Source of the DNA: an uncultured Clostridia bacterium
Lineage (GTDB): Bacteria; Bacillota; Clostridia; Oscillospirales; CAG-382
Direction: 5' to 3'
Length of the DNA: 64,000 bases
Assembly: GCA_947630765.1 (NCBI GenBank)
Contig: CANRIX010000009.1
Location: 10,214-74,213 of the forward strand
Part shown: in pieces, positions 8,374-18,573 of the stretch
Layout of the letters: the number at the start of each line of letters is the position of its first letter
Numbering within the stretch: position 1 is the stretch's first letter
The notes under the pieces: generated by a model
Told to the model about the DNA's origin: nothing
Database searches by the model: none
The model's input: only the letters and a program-made list of their open reading frames with translations
Made by a program: the position numbers and the translations under genes

Positions 8374-10653
8374 TCAGCGGACCTGCAGGACCGGCTTGCC
8401 GTCCTCCACCGAAACCTCCACGGCGGTCACCGTCTCGCGGTAACGCGCGACCAGCTCCGACGCGATGGCGTCCTCCAGCTCGGTCTGGATCAGCCGGCGC
8501 AGGTTGCGGGCGCCGTACTTCTCGGAGAACCCTTTCTCCGACAGCCAGTCGATGACGCCGTCCGTCCAGGACAGCTTGATCCCCTTTTCTTCGAGCACGC
8601 CCGCCAGTTCGCCGAGCATGATCCGGCAGATCTTCCCGAAATGCTCCCGCGTCAGGCGGTTGAATACGACGATCTCGTCGACCCGGTTGAGGAATTCCGG
8701 GCGCAGGAACGCTTCCAGGGCGGTGCGGACCCGCAGTTCGTCGCTTTCGTGCGCCGTATGGGTGAACCCGGTCGGCGACGCGGCGGTCGCCCCGGCGTTG
8801 GTCGTCATGATGATGACGGTGTTTTCAAAGTTGACTTCCTTGCCGTGCGAATCCGTGATCCGACCGTCGTCGAGGATCTGCAGGAGGATATTGAGCACGT
8901 CCGGGTGCGCCTTTTCGATCTCGTCGAACAGCACGACCGAATACGGCTTGCGGCGAATTTTTTCGGTCAGCTGTCCCGCGTCGTCGTAGCCGACGTAGCC
9001 CGGCGGGGAGCCGATGATGCGGGAAACCGAGTATTTTTCCATATATTCGCTCATATCCAGCCGGATCAGCGCGTCCGGCGAATCGAACAGGTACTGCGCG
9101 AGGTCCTTGACCAACTGCGTCTTGCCGACGCCGGTGCTCCCGGCGAAGATGAACGAAACCGGCTTTTTCTTATACGCGATGCCCGCACGGGAGCGGCGGA
9201 TCGCACGGGCGACCTTTTCGATCGCCTCGTCCTGCCCGACGATGTGGGAACGCAGGGTGTCGGTCAGCCGTTCGAGCTTGCGGAAATCGTTTTCGCCGAT
9301 GCTGGACGCGGGGATCCCCGTCCAGACCTCGATGACAGATGCGATGTCGTCCAGCGTCAACTGCAGGCGGTCCCGCTCGGCGGACAGCTCGTCGAACCGC
9401 TCCTCCTTCTGCAAAAGGGCGGTCTTCAGTTCCGCGAGGCGGGCGTAGTCGGATTCGTCCTTGGTCTCCTGCGCTTCGAGGTCCGCCTGCGTGTCCCGCA
9501 GCCGCTTGAGCTCGTCGGTCAGGGCGGAAAGCTCGTTGATGACGGGGGAGTGCATGGAAACGTTCGCGCACGCCTCGTCCATCAGATCGATGGCCTTGTC
9601 CGGCAGGAACCGGTCGGTGATATACCGCTCCGAGAGCGTGACCATCTGCCGCACGACGGCGTCCGGGATACGGATGCCGTGGAATTTCTCGTAGTACGGG
9701 CGGATCCCCTGCAGGATCTTCACGGAATCCGCGATGGACGGCTCGTTGATCATGACCGGCTGGAACCGGCGCTCCAGCGCCGCGTCGTGCTCGATATACT
9801 TGCGGTACTCGGTCAGCGTCGTCGCGCCGATGATCTGCACCTCCCCGCGGGACAGGGCGGGCTTGAGGATGTTCGCGGCGTTCATGCCGCCCTCGGCGTT
9901 GCCCGCGCCGACGATGGAATGGATCTCGTCGATGACGAGGATGATGTTGCCGTTTTCGCGGACCTCGTTGATCAGCCCCTTCATGCGGTTCTCGAACTGC
10001 CCGCGGAACTGCGTCCCCGCGACGATGGCGGTCATATCGACCAGAAAGACCTCCTTGTCGCGCAGCTTATACGGGACTTTCCCATCGGCGATGCGCATGG
10101 CGAGCGCTTCCGCGACGGCGGTCTTGCCAACGCCCGGTTCGCCGATGAGACAGGGATTGTTCTTCTGTCGACGGCAGAGGATCTGCGTGACCCGCTCCAG
10201 CTCGGCGTCCCGCCCGACGACGCGGTCGAGCTTCCCTTCCCGTGCGCGGGAGGTCAGGTCGATGCAGAACGCGTCGAGGCATTTGCGCTTGCGCTTTTGG
10301 TCCGCGCCGGGCGCCTTGCGACGTTCGTCGCCTGCCGCGCGGGGCGCGGGGCGGTTCTCCCCGCCGTTAAAGACCGCGTTGAGGTCGATGGCGGGCGCAC
10401 GGCCCTCGTCGGTCCCGTCGTCCTCCCCGGTGACGTCGGGGAGCAGGGAATCCAGCTCGGAGGACATATTTTCGAGGTCGTCGTCGCTCAGACCCATCTG
10501 CTTGAGGATCGTATCGATCGGCTTGATGTCAAGCTCTTTGGCGCATTTGATGCAGTACCCCTCCTGCACGGGCTTCCCGTCGACCTCCTTGTTCATGAAG
10601 ATCACGGCGGGCCGCACATGGCATCGGCTGCACTTTGGAAATCTTGGGGTCAT
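8374..10653 (-). CDS. ClpA/ClpB/ClpC-family double AAA+ ATPase with an N-terminal CxxC...CxxC zinc-ribbon-like segment
   Basis: Two Walker A motifs (GEPGVGKTA, GSTGVGKTQ). The start is chosen at the ATG at 10653 (MTPRFPKCSRCH), which has a GGAG RBS. The upstream 113 codons of the track ORF are Arg-rich and overlap pgsA. Confidence 0.85.
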   Translation of the reverse strand: MTPRFPKCSRCHVRPAVIFMNKEVDGKPVQEGYCIKCAKELDIKPIDTILKQMGLSDDDLENMSSELDSLLPDVTGEDDGTDEGRAPAIDLNAVFNGGENRPAPRAAGDERRKAPGADQKRKRKCLDAFCIDLTSRAREGKLDRVVGRDAELERVTQILCRRQKNNPCLIGEPGVGKTAVAEALAMRIADGKVPYKLRDKEVFLVDMTAIVAGTQFRGQFENRMKGLINEVRENGNIILVIDEIHSIVGAGNAEGGMNAANILKPALSRGEVQIIGATTLTEYRKYIEHDAALERRFQPVMINEPSIADSVKILQGIRPYYEKFHGIRIPDAVVRQMVTLSERYITDRFLPDKAIDLMDEACANVSMHSPVINELSALTDELKRLRDTQADLEAQETKDESDYARLAELKTALLQKEERFDELSAERDRLQLTLDDIASVIEVWTGIPASSIGENDFRKLERLTDTLRSHIVGQDEAIEKVARAIRRSRAGIAYKKKPVSFIFAGSTGVGKTQLVKDLAQYLFDSPDALIRLDMSEYMEKYSVSRIIGSPPGYVGYDDAGQLTEKIRRKPYSVVLFDEIEKAHPDVLNILLQILDDGRITDSHGKEVNFENTVIIMTTNAGATAASPTGFTHTAHESDELRVRTALEAFLRPEFLNRVDEIVVFNRLTREHFGKICRIMLGELAGVLEEKGIKLSWTDGVIDWLSEKGFSEKYGARNLRRLIQTELEDAIASELVARYRETVTAVEVSVEDGKPVLQVR

Positions 10654-11243
10654 TCCTTGGTTCTCCTCATATTCTCGAATTTTTTGATTCCGTATTTCCC
10701 ACGGAAGATCTTGACGTAATACATGATCAGCGCGAACAGGATCGTGCAGACCAGCAGCGTGCAGAGCACGGCGCAGAGCGGCAGGTTGCCCGGATCCAGG
10801 ATCAGCACGACGGTGATGATGAAGAAGATGACCGTCGCGAGCTTCCCGTACCAGACGGACGCGACGACGTTGCGCTTGACGCGCAGGACCACGATCGCAC
10901 CGGCGAGCATCGCCAGCTCCTTGAGCGAAAACAGCACCAGCACGATCGACGCGATGATCTGAGCGGGTCCGCTGAACGAACAGGTCAGGCACAGCAGGAC
11001 GGTGAACTGCATCAGCTTATCCGCGACCGGGTCGAGGATCTTTCCGACGTTCGTGACCCAGTTGTTCCGACGCGCTAAGTACCCGTCGACCACGTCCGTC
11101 GCCGACGCGAAGCAGAACACTCCCGCCGAGGCGACGCGCTTCTCCCGTATGAACAGAAAGACGAACACGGGAATGCAGAGCAGACGGATCACAGACAGGA
11201 TATTCGGGATCTGTTTTTGGATATTCTTTTTCATGGGACGCAT
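10650..11243 (-). CDS. pgsA: CDP-diacylglycerol--glycerol-3-phosphate 3-phosphatidyltransferase
   Basis: CDP-alcohol phosphatidyltransferase motif DVVDGYLARRNNWVTNVGKILDPVADK; multi-TM. Confidence 0.85.
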   Translation of the reverse strand: MRPMKKNIQKQIPNILSVIRLLCIPVFVFLFIREKRVASAGVFCFASATDVVDGYLARRNNWVTNVGKILDPVADKLMQFTVLLCLTCSFSGPAQIIASIVLVLFSLKELAMLAGAIVVLRVKRNVVASVWYGKLATVIFFIITVVLILDPGNLPLCAVLCTLLVCTILFALIMYYVKIFRGKYGIKKFENMRRTKE

Positions 11244-11292
11244 ACCTTGTCCTTTTTTATGTTATTCCGCGTTCCTTGCCGCGCGGCGGCCA

Positions 11293-12009
11293 TCAGAAGA
11301 ACATCCGAACGAACGGAATGCTTCCGAACAGGCGGAACAGCAGGGTCTTGTCCGGGTCGATCCCGGCGAGAGCGCTCCAGCCGGAGAACAGAGATGTATT
11401 GAGCAGCACCCGCACCACCGTGCAGAAGATCAGAATGCGGATCAGCGCGAGCACGACGCCGAGCACGACGCCGAGCAGATGATTCGCGCCCCGCACGAAC
11501 GGGATCTTCTCCACCACGCCGGTCAGCAGGATGCTCAGCAGCTTCAGCGCGATGTACGAGCCGAAGAACAGGATGGCGACCGAGATCGCGCTCAGCAGCA
11601 TCGGCGTGACGCTGTCGGCGATGAAATCGACCAGTTCGTCGCGGAATTCCTCCTTGACCATGTTCTCGTGCTCCGCGACCCAGTTCGACAGGCTTTCGCT
11701 GTCGATACCGATCCCTTCGAGCAGGGCATACAGCTCGCTGTCGTGGTCGGAAGCGAGGGATTGACTGTCGCCCGCGTCCTGCTGCTCGACGAGGCTGTCG
11801 ATCACGGAAGCGGTATTCGTGCGGACGGCTTCGGGAAGCGAAGTGCTTTCCAGAAGGTTGGTCAATGGAGAGGTGAAGAGGAAAACGATTACCAACGCGA
11901 CGAGCGTGCTCGCGGTGGAAAGCAGAGTCTTGACAAAGCCCCGTTTGGCGGCAAGGAAGATGGTGACTCCTGCGATCAGCAGCAGGATCAGGTCAAGCAA
12001 TAGGCTCAT
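11293..12009 (-). CDS. CvpA-family membrane protein
   Basis: 238 aa with an N-terminal LLDLILLLIAGVTIFLAAKRGFVKTL pattern and 4 TM segments. Confidence 0.65.
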   Translation of the reverse strand: MSLLLDLILLLIAGVTIFLAAKRGFVKTLLSTASTLVALVIVFLFTSPLTNLLESTSLPEAVRTNTASVIDSLVEQQDAGDSQSLASDHDSELYALLEGIGIDSESLSNWVAEHENMVKEEFRDELVDFIADSVTPMLLSAISVAILFFGSYIALKLLSILLTGVVEKIPFVRGANHLLGVVLGVVLALIRILIFCTVVRVLLNTSLFSGWSALAGIDPDKTLLFRLFGSIPFVRMFF

Positions 12010-13247
12010 TGTGATTCTCCTTTTGAATTGGTTTCATCGGTCAGCCGATAGGCGTCGTTTTTTTCAAATAGGACCAGCGTTCCGTCGTCGTCGAGCAGCT
12101 GCAGGGCGTCCTTGCCGACGGTATACGCGGTCGGTTCGCCGCCGGAAAGCGGCAGGACGGTCACTTTTCCGACGGTCAGCACGCAAAGCGCGTCGCCGAG
12201 CATGCGTTTGTCCGTCACCGCGCCCTCGAAGCGGTATTCCCCCTGTACGACCGCGTCATCTCCGTAGACGCGCAGGACCGTCCCGCCGGAAAGTCCGGCG
12301 TCGTAGAAGGTCAGCAGCACGCGCCCGCCGGAAAAATCGCACCCGCGCAGCGACGCGTCCTCCAGCGAAACGCTCCCGACCGGGTCCTCCGCGCCGACAT
12401 CGTAGCACCGCAGCGCCCCGTCGGTCAGCACGGCGAAGCGGCCGTCCGAAAGGTAATCGATCCGCAGCGGCAGCTCCCCGGCAAACGAGGCGGTGAACAC
12501 CGGCTCCTCGTCGGTCAGCGAATAGCGCTGCAGCACAGAAATCAGATCCCCGCCCTGCGCGGAATGCCCGAGCGCGAGGAAGCTCTTTCCGTCCGGGGAG
12601 AGGGCGAGCTGGTCGACGTAAAGGTCGCTGAGACGGCGGGTGTAGATCCGCTGCGCATACGAATTGTAGACGTAGATGACGCTGCGGTAGTTCTTTTCGG
12701 AGGTCGCGACGGCGAAATTGCCGGAATCGTTGGCGGACAGGGCGTACACCGGGTACTCCGTCGTGATGTGGGCGGTCTGCTCGTAGGAATTGAACAACCG
12801 CACGTCCGGGTTTCCGAGGTCGTAAACGAAAATGCTCTGGGAGGTAACGGTCATGCGCGGGGATTCCAGCCGGAAGGCGGCGGAAAAGAGCTGTTCCGCG
12901 TCCCAGCCGTACAAAGCGAGCCCGTCGGTATTCAGCACGGCGACGTCCCCGCGGAACAAACCGCCGATATTCCCCGCCGCGTAGTCGAACCGCACGGTGT
13001 TCGCTTCGACCTCGTCGTCCTCCTCCGTGACGTTGAGGAATTTGAGCATATAGCGGAAATTCTCCGCCGTCAGCTCCTCGCCGTGGACGGCGAAACCGTA
13101 CAGGAGGAAGGCGGCGCACAGCAGCAGGCAAAGGTACCGCACGCGGGACAGGCGCTTGGCGCGATCCCGGTAGTACTGTTCCACCGTGGGCGTTTGCATA
13201 TTCTTTTTTCGTTTCCTGTGGTCGGAAAAGACGGAAAACGCGGACAC
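12006..13247 (-). CDS. Membrane-anchored protein with a repeat-rich extracellular domain (DUF5711-like, from memory)
   Basis: 413 aa. GTG start 6 nt after a GGAGG; one TM (YLCLLLCAAFLLYGF). Confidence 0.5.
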   Translation of the reverse strand: MSAFSVFSDHRKRKKNMQTPTVEQYYRDRAKRLSRVRYLCLLLCAAFLLYGFAVHGEELTAENFRYMLKFLNVTEEDDEVEANTVRFDYAAGNIGGLFRGDVAVLNTDGLALYGWDAEQLFSAAFRLESPRMTVTSQSIFVYDLGNPDVRLFNSYEQTAHITTEYPVYALSANDSGNFAVATSEKNYRSVIYVYNSYAQRIYTRRLSDLYVDQLALSPDGKSFLALGHSAQGGDLISVLQRYSLTDEEPVFTASFAGELPLRIDYLSDGRFAVLTDGALRCYDVGAEDPVGSVSLEDASLRGCDFSGGRVLLTFYDAGLSGGTVLRVYGDDAVVQGEYRFEGAVTDKRMLGDALCVLTVGKVTVLPLSGGEPTAYTVGKDALQLLDDDGTLVLFEKNDAYRLTDETNSKGESQ

Positions 13248-13265
13248 GGGGAACCTCCGAGAATT

Positions 13266-14000
13266 TTAGTAGAAAACTTGTTCGAGACACAGCCCTTTCG
13301 CGGGCATGGTGCGCCCGGCGGCGGTGCGGTCGCGGGCGGACAGGATCTCCGCCGCTCGCCGTTCGGCGTCCGGCGCCGGCAGCAGGTCGAGCACGGTGCC
13401 GACGAGGATGCGGACCATATGGTACAAAAAGCCGTCCGCCGTCACGGTAAAGCGAACGATCTCGCCGTCGCGGCGGCAGGAAAAGTCCGAAACCGTGCGG
13501 ACCGTATCCGTCACGTCCGAGCCCGCCGCCTGGAAGGAACGGAAATCCCGCTTCCCGCAGAAGCATCTGCAAAGCTCGTCCGCCCGCTTTTCGTCGATCC
13601 GCGGGAACCACAGCGCCGAAAACGCGTAATCGAACGGGTCGGACAGGCGGCTGTTGCGGACGCGGTAGCTGTAGGTCTTGCCCTTCGCGTCGTAGCGCGG
13701 GTGGAAGCTTTCTGGGACCACCCACGCCTCCCGCACGGCGATGTCCGGCGGAAGCAGTCTCCCGAGCGCTTCCGGCACGCGTTCCGGCGGGAGCCGGTCG
13801 GGCAGTCCTTCCGCCTTGCAGACGAACCCCTTCGCGTGCACCCCGGCGTCCGTCCGGCTGCACCCGGTGACGATCCCGCGCGAACCGAAGGCGGCTTCCA
13901 TCGCGTCCTGCAGGGTCTGCTGGACGCTGCGGGCGTTCTTCTGCACCTGCCAGCCGCAGTAGGCGGTCCCTTTGTAGGCGAGCCGCAGCGCACAGGTCAT
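13266..14000 (-). CDS. truA: tRNA pseudouridine(38-40) synthase
   Basis: LAYKGTAYCGWQVQ...GCSRTDAGVHA contains the catalytic Asp motif. Confidence 0.9.
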   Translation of the reverse strand: MTCALRLAYKGTAYCGWQVQKNARSVQQTLQDAMEAAFGSRGIVTGCSRTDAGVHAKGFVCKAEGLPDRLPPERVPEALGRLLPPDIAVREAWVVPESFHPRYDAKGKTYSYRVRNSRLSDPFDYAFSALWFPRIDEKRADELCRCFCGKRDFRSFQAAGSDVTDTVRTVSDFSCRRDGEIVRFTVTADGFLYHMVRILVGTVLDLLPAPDAERRAAEILSARDRTAAGRTMPAKGLCLEQVFY

Positions 14001-14830
14001 AGCGTGAAAACCCCCACTTCAAACGACAGGAAACGGTTCGCGAGCACCACCCCGGCGCACAGCAGCGCCATGGCGAGCAGGAACACATAATCCGACGGAC
14101 GGCTGCGCATGACCTTGAGCTTGGTGCGCCCTTCGCCGCCGTGGTAGCAGCGGCACTCCATCGCTTCCGCCAGTTCGTCCGCCCGCCGGAACGCGGATAC
14201 GAACAGCGGGATCAGGATCGGGACGATCGCTTTCGCTTTGCGGACCAGTCCGCCGGATTCAAAATCCGCGCCCCGCGCCTTCTGGGCGGAGATGATCTTG
14301 TCGGTTTCCTCCGTCAGCGTCGGGATGAAGCGGAGCGCGATGGTCATCATCATCGCGAATTCGTGGATCGGCACGTGCAGCTTCTTGAGGAAGCCGAACA
14401 GCGATTCGATCGCGTCGGTCAGGTCCAGCGGGCTGGTCGTATAGGACAGCAGCAGACTGCTCCCGCCCACGAGGCAGACCAGCCGCAGCATCATGTAGAC
14501 TGCCGTGCGCACCCCTTCGGGGTAGATATGGATGAATTTCCATTCGACAAGCGGGGTCTCCCCGGTCGTCAGGAACAGGTTGAGCACCCCGGTGAACAGC
14601 AGAATGAACACCACCGGCTTCAGCGAACGCGCCAGCACCGAAAACGGGATGCGGGACACCGCCGCGAGCGTCAGCATCGTGACCAGTACGATCCCGAGCG
14701 CGCAGGCGGTCTTCGCCAGCAGCACGAACACCAGATACACCACCAGCGCCACGAGCTTGACGCGGGGGTCCGCCCGGTGCAGGAAGGAATTCCCCGGGAA
14801 GTACTGCCCGAGCGTCATGTCTTTGAACAT
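13997..14830 (-). CDS. ecfT: Energy-coupling factor transporter, transmembrane T component
   Basis: 277 aa with the start GQYFPGNSFLHRADPRVKL and coupling Arg motifs (ALRFIP...AFRRADELAEAMECR). Confidence 0.85.
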   Translation of the reverse strand: MFKDMTLGQYFPGNSFLHRADPRVKLVALVVYLVFVLLAKTACALGIVLVTMLTLAAVSRIPFSVLARSLKPVVFILLFTGVLNLFLTTGETPLVEWKFIHIYPEGVRTAVYMMLRLVCLVGGSSLLLSYTTSPLDLTDAIESLFGFLKKLHVPIHEFAMMMTIALRFIPTLTEETDKIISAQKARGADFESGGLVRKAKAIVPILIPLFVSAFRRADELAEAMECRCYHGGEGRTKLKVMRSRPSDYVFLLAMALLCAGVVLANRFLSFEVGVFTL

Positions 14831-16560
14831 TCGAGCAACCTCCCGATCCTCTTTTTCGCGTACGGGACGGTGTAGACGTCCGTTTCCGCGCAGAGGGAAC
14901 GCTTCTTCAGCTCCAAAAACAGCTTGGTGATCTGCGGCAGGTCAAGGGACGCGTCGAACAGCTTTTCCGCCTGCCCGAACACCTCGCCGACCGTCCCGTA
15001 CAGGTACACCCTTCCATTTTTCAGGACCAGAATGCGGTCGGCGTACCGGGCGACCTCCTCCATGCTGTGGGAGATCAGCAGCAGCGTCGCACCGCGGCGT
15101 TCGCGGTACTCCATCAGCCCGCCGAAGATCTCCTCCCGTCCCTTCGGGTCCAGCCCTGCTGCGGGTTCGTCCAGCACCAACACTTCCGGCTCCATGGCGA
15201 TCACCCCCGCGATGGCTGCCCGCCGCTTCTGTCCGCCGGACAGCTCGAACGGGCTCTTTTCCAGCTCCTCCGCGGAAAGCCCGCAGAAGGAGGCCGCGTC
15301 CCGCACCCGCCGGTCGATCTCCTCCGCCGGCAGCGCCATATTGCGCGGTCCGAAGGCGATGTCCGCCCGGACGGTCTCCTCGAACAGCTGGTACTCCGGG
15401 TACTGGAACACCAGCCCGACCCGGCTGCGGATCTTCCGCATCTGCTTGGGCTCCTTCCATAGATCCACGCCGCCGAGCAGCACGGTCCCTTCCGTCGGCT
15501 TGCGAAGCCCGTTGAGCAGGGTCGCGAGCGTGCTCTTGCCGGAGCCTGTATGCCCGATGACGCCGATGACCTCCCCGCGCGGGAAGCGCACCGAGACCCG
15601 CGAGAGCGCCTCCGTGCGGAACGGGGTCTTTTCTCCGTAGACGACGGTCACGTCCCGCAGCTCCAGCGCCGCGTCCGTTTCCGGCGCGCCGGACGGTTCC
15701 GGGGCTTTCGCGTCCGCCGGCAGGGCGCGCTTCGGCAGGACCGCTTCGAGCGCGTCCGCCGCTTCCATGGCGTGCAGGATGCCCTTCGGGAAAGCGTAGC
15801 CGTCCTTTCCGAGCAGATACAGCAGTTCCGTGACTTGCGGGACCGAAAGCGACGCTTTCTGCAGCTCCGCGACGTGGGAAAAGATGTCCCGCGGGGAGCC
15901 GTCCATAAGCAGCTTCCCGTGGTCGAGCACGAGCACCCGATCCGCTTCGATCGCCTCCGCCATATAGTGCGTGATCGTGACGACCGTGATGTTCTTTTCC
16001 CGGTTGAGCTTCTTCATCGCCGCCATGATGTCCCGGCGGCCGGTCGGGTCGAGCATGGCCGTCGCTTCGTCGAACAGGATGCAGTCCGGCAGCATGGCAA
16101 GCACGCCGGCGACGGCGACCCGCTGCTTCTGCCCGCCGGACAGCTTGGCGGTGGAATGGCGGGCGTATGCGGTCATGCCGACGGTCTCGAGCGCTTCATC
16201 CACACGGCGGCGGATCTCCTCGCGCGGGAGCCCGAGGTTTTCCGGCGCGAACGCCACATCCTCCTCCACCATGCCGGCGACCAGCTGGTTGTCCGGGTTC
16301 TGGAAGATCATGCCGCAGGTCTTGCGCAGGCGAAGCGAAACCGATTCGTCGGACGTGTCCATTCCGTCGACGGTGATCTTCCCTTCGGACGGGGTCAGGA
16401 TGCCGCAAAGCAATTTCGCCAGCGTGCTTTTCCCGCTGCCGTTATGCCCCAAAATGGCGGTATAGCTGCCCTTTTCGATCGAAAGGGTCAGATTTTGCAG
16501 CACCGGCGCCCCGGTCGGATGGTACCGAAACGACAGCTGATCGACTTCGATGAAACTCAT
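14815..16560 (-). CDS. ecfA: Fused ECF transporter ATPase (EcfA-EcfA' tandem ABC domains in one polypeptide)
   Basis: 581 aa. Two Walker A motifs (GHNGSGKST, GHTGSGKST) and two LSGGQ signatures. Confidence 0.85.
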   Translation of the reverse strand: MSFIEVDQLSFRYHPTGAPVLQNLTLSIEKGSYTAILGHNGSGKSTLAKLLCGILTPSEGKITVDGMDTSDESVSLRLRKTCGMIFQNPDNQLVAGMVEEDVAFAPENLGLPREEIRRRVDEALETVGMTAYARHSTAKLSGGQKQRVAVAGVLAMLPDCILFDEATAMLDPTGRRDIMAAMKKLNREKNITVVTITHYMAEAIEADRVLVLDHGKLLMDGSPRDIFSHVAELQKASLSVPQVTELLYLLGKDGYAFPKGILHAMEAADALEAVLPKRALPADAKAPEPSGAPETDAALELRDVTVVYGEKTPFRTEALSRVSVRFPRGEVIGVIGHTGSGKSTLATLLNGLRKPTEGTVLLGGVDLWKEPKQMRKIRSRVGLVFQYPEYQLFEETVRADIAFGPRNMALPAEEIDRRVRDAASFCGLSAEELEKSPFELSGGQKRRAAIAGVIAMEPEVLVLDEPAAGLDPKGREEIFGGLMEYRERRGATLLLISHSMEEVARYADRILVLKNGRVYLYGTVGEVFGQAEKLFDASLDLPQITKLFLELKKRSLCAETDVYTVPYAKKRIGRLLECSKT

Positions 16561-16581
16561 GCTTCCCCTTTTCTTTTCCCT

Positions 16582-17448
16582 TCAGATCTCGTCGCACACC
16601 CAGCGGCTGGACGCGCCGCAGGGGAGCGCAAGCCCGCTTTCGACGACCGGCAGTCCCAGTTCCCCGCTCTCCACATGACCGCCGAAGCGCTTCAGATGGC
16701 GGGCGAGCAGGTAGCCGTTGGTCGCGGGGGACAGCCCGGTCGTGTAGGAATTGAGCAGAACGAACAGCGGGCGCTCCGAAAGCACACTGCAGACCAGCCC
16801 GAGCAGTTCGTCCAGCCCTTCTTCGATGACCCAGCGCTCCCCGTTCGGTCCGCGCCCGAAGGACGGCGGATCGAGGATGATCGCGTCGTAGCGGTTGCCC
16901 CGGCGGTACTCCCGCGCGACGAATTTGGCGCAGTCGTCGACGATGTACCGCACGCGGTCCCCCGGGATCCCGGAGAGGGCGGCGTTCTGCTTGGCGCGGG
17001 CGACCATGCCCTTCGACGCGTCGACGTGGCAGACGAACGCGCCCGCCTTCGCTGCCGCGACCGTCGCGCCGCCGGTATATGCGAACAGATTCAACAGCTT
17101 CACTTCCCGCGGGCAGGAACGGATGCGCTCGGAAAACCAATCCCAGTTCGCCGCCTGCTCCGGGAACAGCCCGGTATGCTTGAAGCCCATCGGGGAAAGC
17201 GAAAAGCGCAGGTCCCCATAGGAGACCGTCCATTCCTCCGGCAGATCCTTCTTGACCCACCGCCCGCCGCCTTCGCGGCTCCGGCGGTAGATCCCGTCCG
17301 CCTTTTCCCATTCCGGCCGGCGCTTCTCCCCGCGCCAGATCACCTGCGGGTCCGGGCGGACGAGGAGGTACTTCCCCCAGCGTTCCAGCCGTTCCCCGTT
17401 CGCGGCGTCGAGCAGCGTGTACTCCCGCCAGCGGTCCGCGACAAACAT
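16582..17448 (-). CDS. Class I SAM-dependent (RlmI/RlmK-like) RNA methyltransferase
   Basis: LNLFAYTGGATVAAA (SAM motif I) and IILDPPSFGRG (motif IV). Confidence 0.7.
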   Translation of the reverse strand: MFVADRWREYTLLDAANGERLERWGKYLLVRPDPQVIWRGEKRRPEWEKADGIYRRSREGGGRWVKKDLPEEWTVSYGDLRFSLSPMGFKHTGLFPEQAANWDWFSERIRSCPREVKLLNLFAYTGGATVAAAKAGAFVCHVDASKGMVARAKQNAALSGIPGDRVRYIVDDCAKFVAREYRRGNRYDAIILDPPSFGRGPNGERWVIEEGLDELLGLVCSVLSERPLFVLLNSYTTGLSPATNGYLLARHLKRFGGHVESGELGLPVVESGLALPCGASSRWVCDEI

Positions 17449-17451
17449 TCC

Positions 17452-18552
17452 TTACCCGTCCTCCCCGGTATCCATCAGCTGCTGCCCGGAAGCAGCGCCC
17501 GTCAATCCGTCCGGCGGCGTGACGCCCATGTGCCGGTACGCCCCGGCGGTCGCCATTCGCCCGCGCGGCGTGCGGTTGAGGAACCCGAGCTGCATCAGGT
17601 ACGGCTCGTACACGTCCTCGATCGTGACGGCGGCTTCGCCCGTGACGGCGGCGAGCGTTTCCAGCCCGACGGGACCGCCCCCGAAGTGGCGGATGATCGC
17701 GTCGAGCATCTTGCGGTCCACCGAATCCAGCCCGAGCTCGTCGATCTCCATCGCGCGGAGCGCGAGGTCGGCGATCTCCTCGGTCACGGTGCCGTCCCCC
17801 TTGACGATGGCGAAATCCCGCACCCGCTTGAGCCAGCGGTTGGCGATTCGCGGCGTCCCACGGGAGCGCTTCGCAATCTCCAGCGCACCTGCCGGCGTGA
17901 TGGAGGTTTCGAGCAGTCCGGCGGAACGGGTGACGATGCGGGCGAGGTCCTCCGGCGGATACATCTCCAGCCGAAAGGACATGCCGAATCGGTCGCGCAG
18001 TGGCGCGGACAACTGCCCGGCGCGGGTGGTCGCGCCGATGAGCGTGAACGGCTTGAGCGGGATCCGAATGGAGCGGGCGGACGGCCCTTTCCCCATCATC
18101 AGATCCAGACAGAAATCCTCCATCGCGGGGTACAGAACCTCCTCGACCTGCTTGGGCAGGCGGTGGATCTCGTCGATAAAGAGAATATCGTTGCGTTCGA
18201 GCGTCGTCAGGAGCGCGGCGAGGTCGCCCGCCTTTGCGATGGCGGGCCCGGACGTGACCTTGAGGTTGACGCCGAGCTCCGAGGCGACGAGGAAGGACAG
18301 CGTGGTCTTTCCCAGCCCCGGCGGACCGAACAGCAGCACATGGTCGAGCGCTTCCTGCCGCGCGGCGGCTGCTTCGATATAGATTTTCAGGTTGCTTTTG
18401 ACCTTTTCCTGCCCGACGTACTCGTCGAGCGTCTTCGGACGGAGGGACAGCTCGGTCTCGGTGTCCTCCGGCGTATATTCGGCGGCGGTGTAGCGGCTTT
18501 CAAAGTCGAAGTCGCCGTCCCCGTATTCCGGGACTTTGGTATTGATCGGCAT
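17452..18552 (-). CDS. ruvB: Holliday junction branch migration helicase RuvB
   Basis: [19 protein letters not shown]...[13 protein letters not shown]...DEIHRL. Confidence 0.95.
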   Translation of the reverse strand: MPINTKVPEYGDGDFDFESRYTAAEYTPEDTETELSLRPKTLDEYVGQEKVKSNLKIYIEAAAARQEALDHVLLFGPPGLGKTTLSFLVASELGVNLKVTSGPAIAKAGDLAALLTTLERNDILFIDEIHRLPKQVEEVLYPAMEDFCLDLMMGKGPSARSIRIPLKPFTLIGATTRAGQLSAPLRDRFGMSFRLEMYPPEDLARIVTRSAGLLETSITPAGALEIAKRSRGTPRIANRWLKRVRDFAIVKGDGTVTEEIADLALRAMEIDELGLDSVDRKMLDAIIRHFGGGPVGLETLAAVTGEAAVTIEDVYEPYLMQLGFLNRTPRGRMATAGAYRHMGVTPPDGLTGAASGQQLMDTGEDG

Positions 18553-18573
18553 GACGCCCCTCCTTTCCTCGGT

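Noticed and set aside
8374-10992. Full 872-aa version of the ClpC-like ORF
   Set aside because: The extra 113 N-terminal codons overlap pgsA in another frame, are Arg/His-rich, and lack an RBS. The ATG at 10653 has a GGAG and begins the conserved Cys motif.
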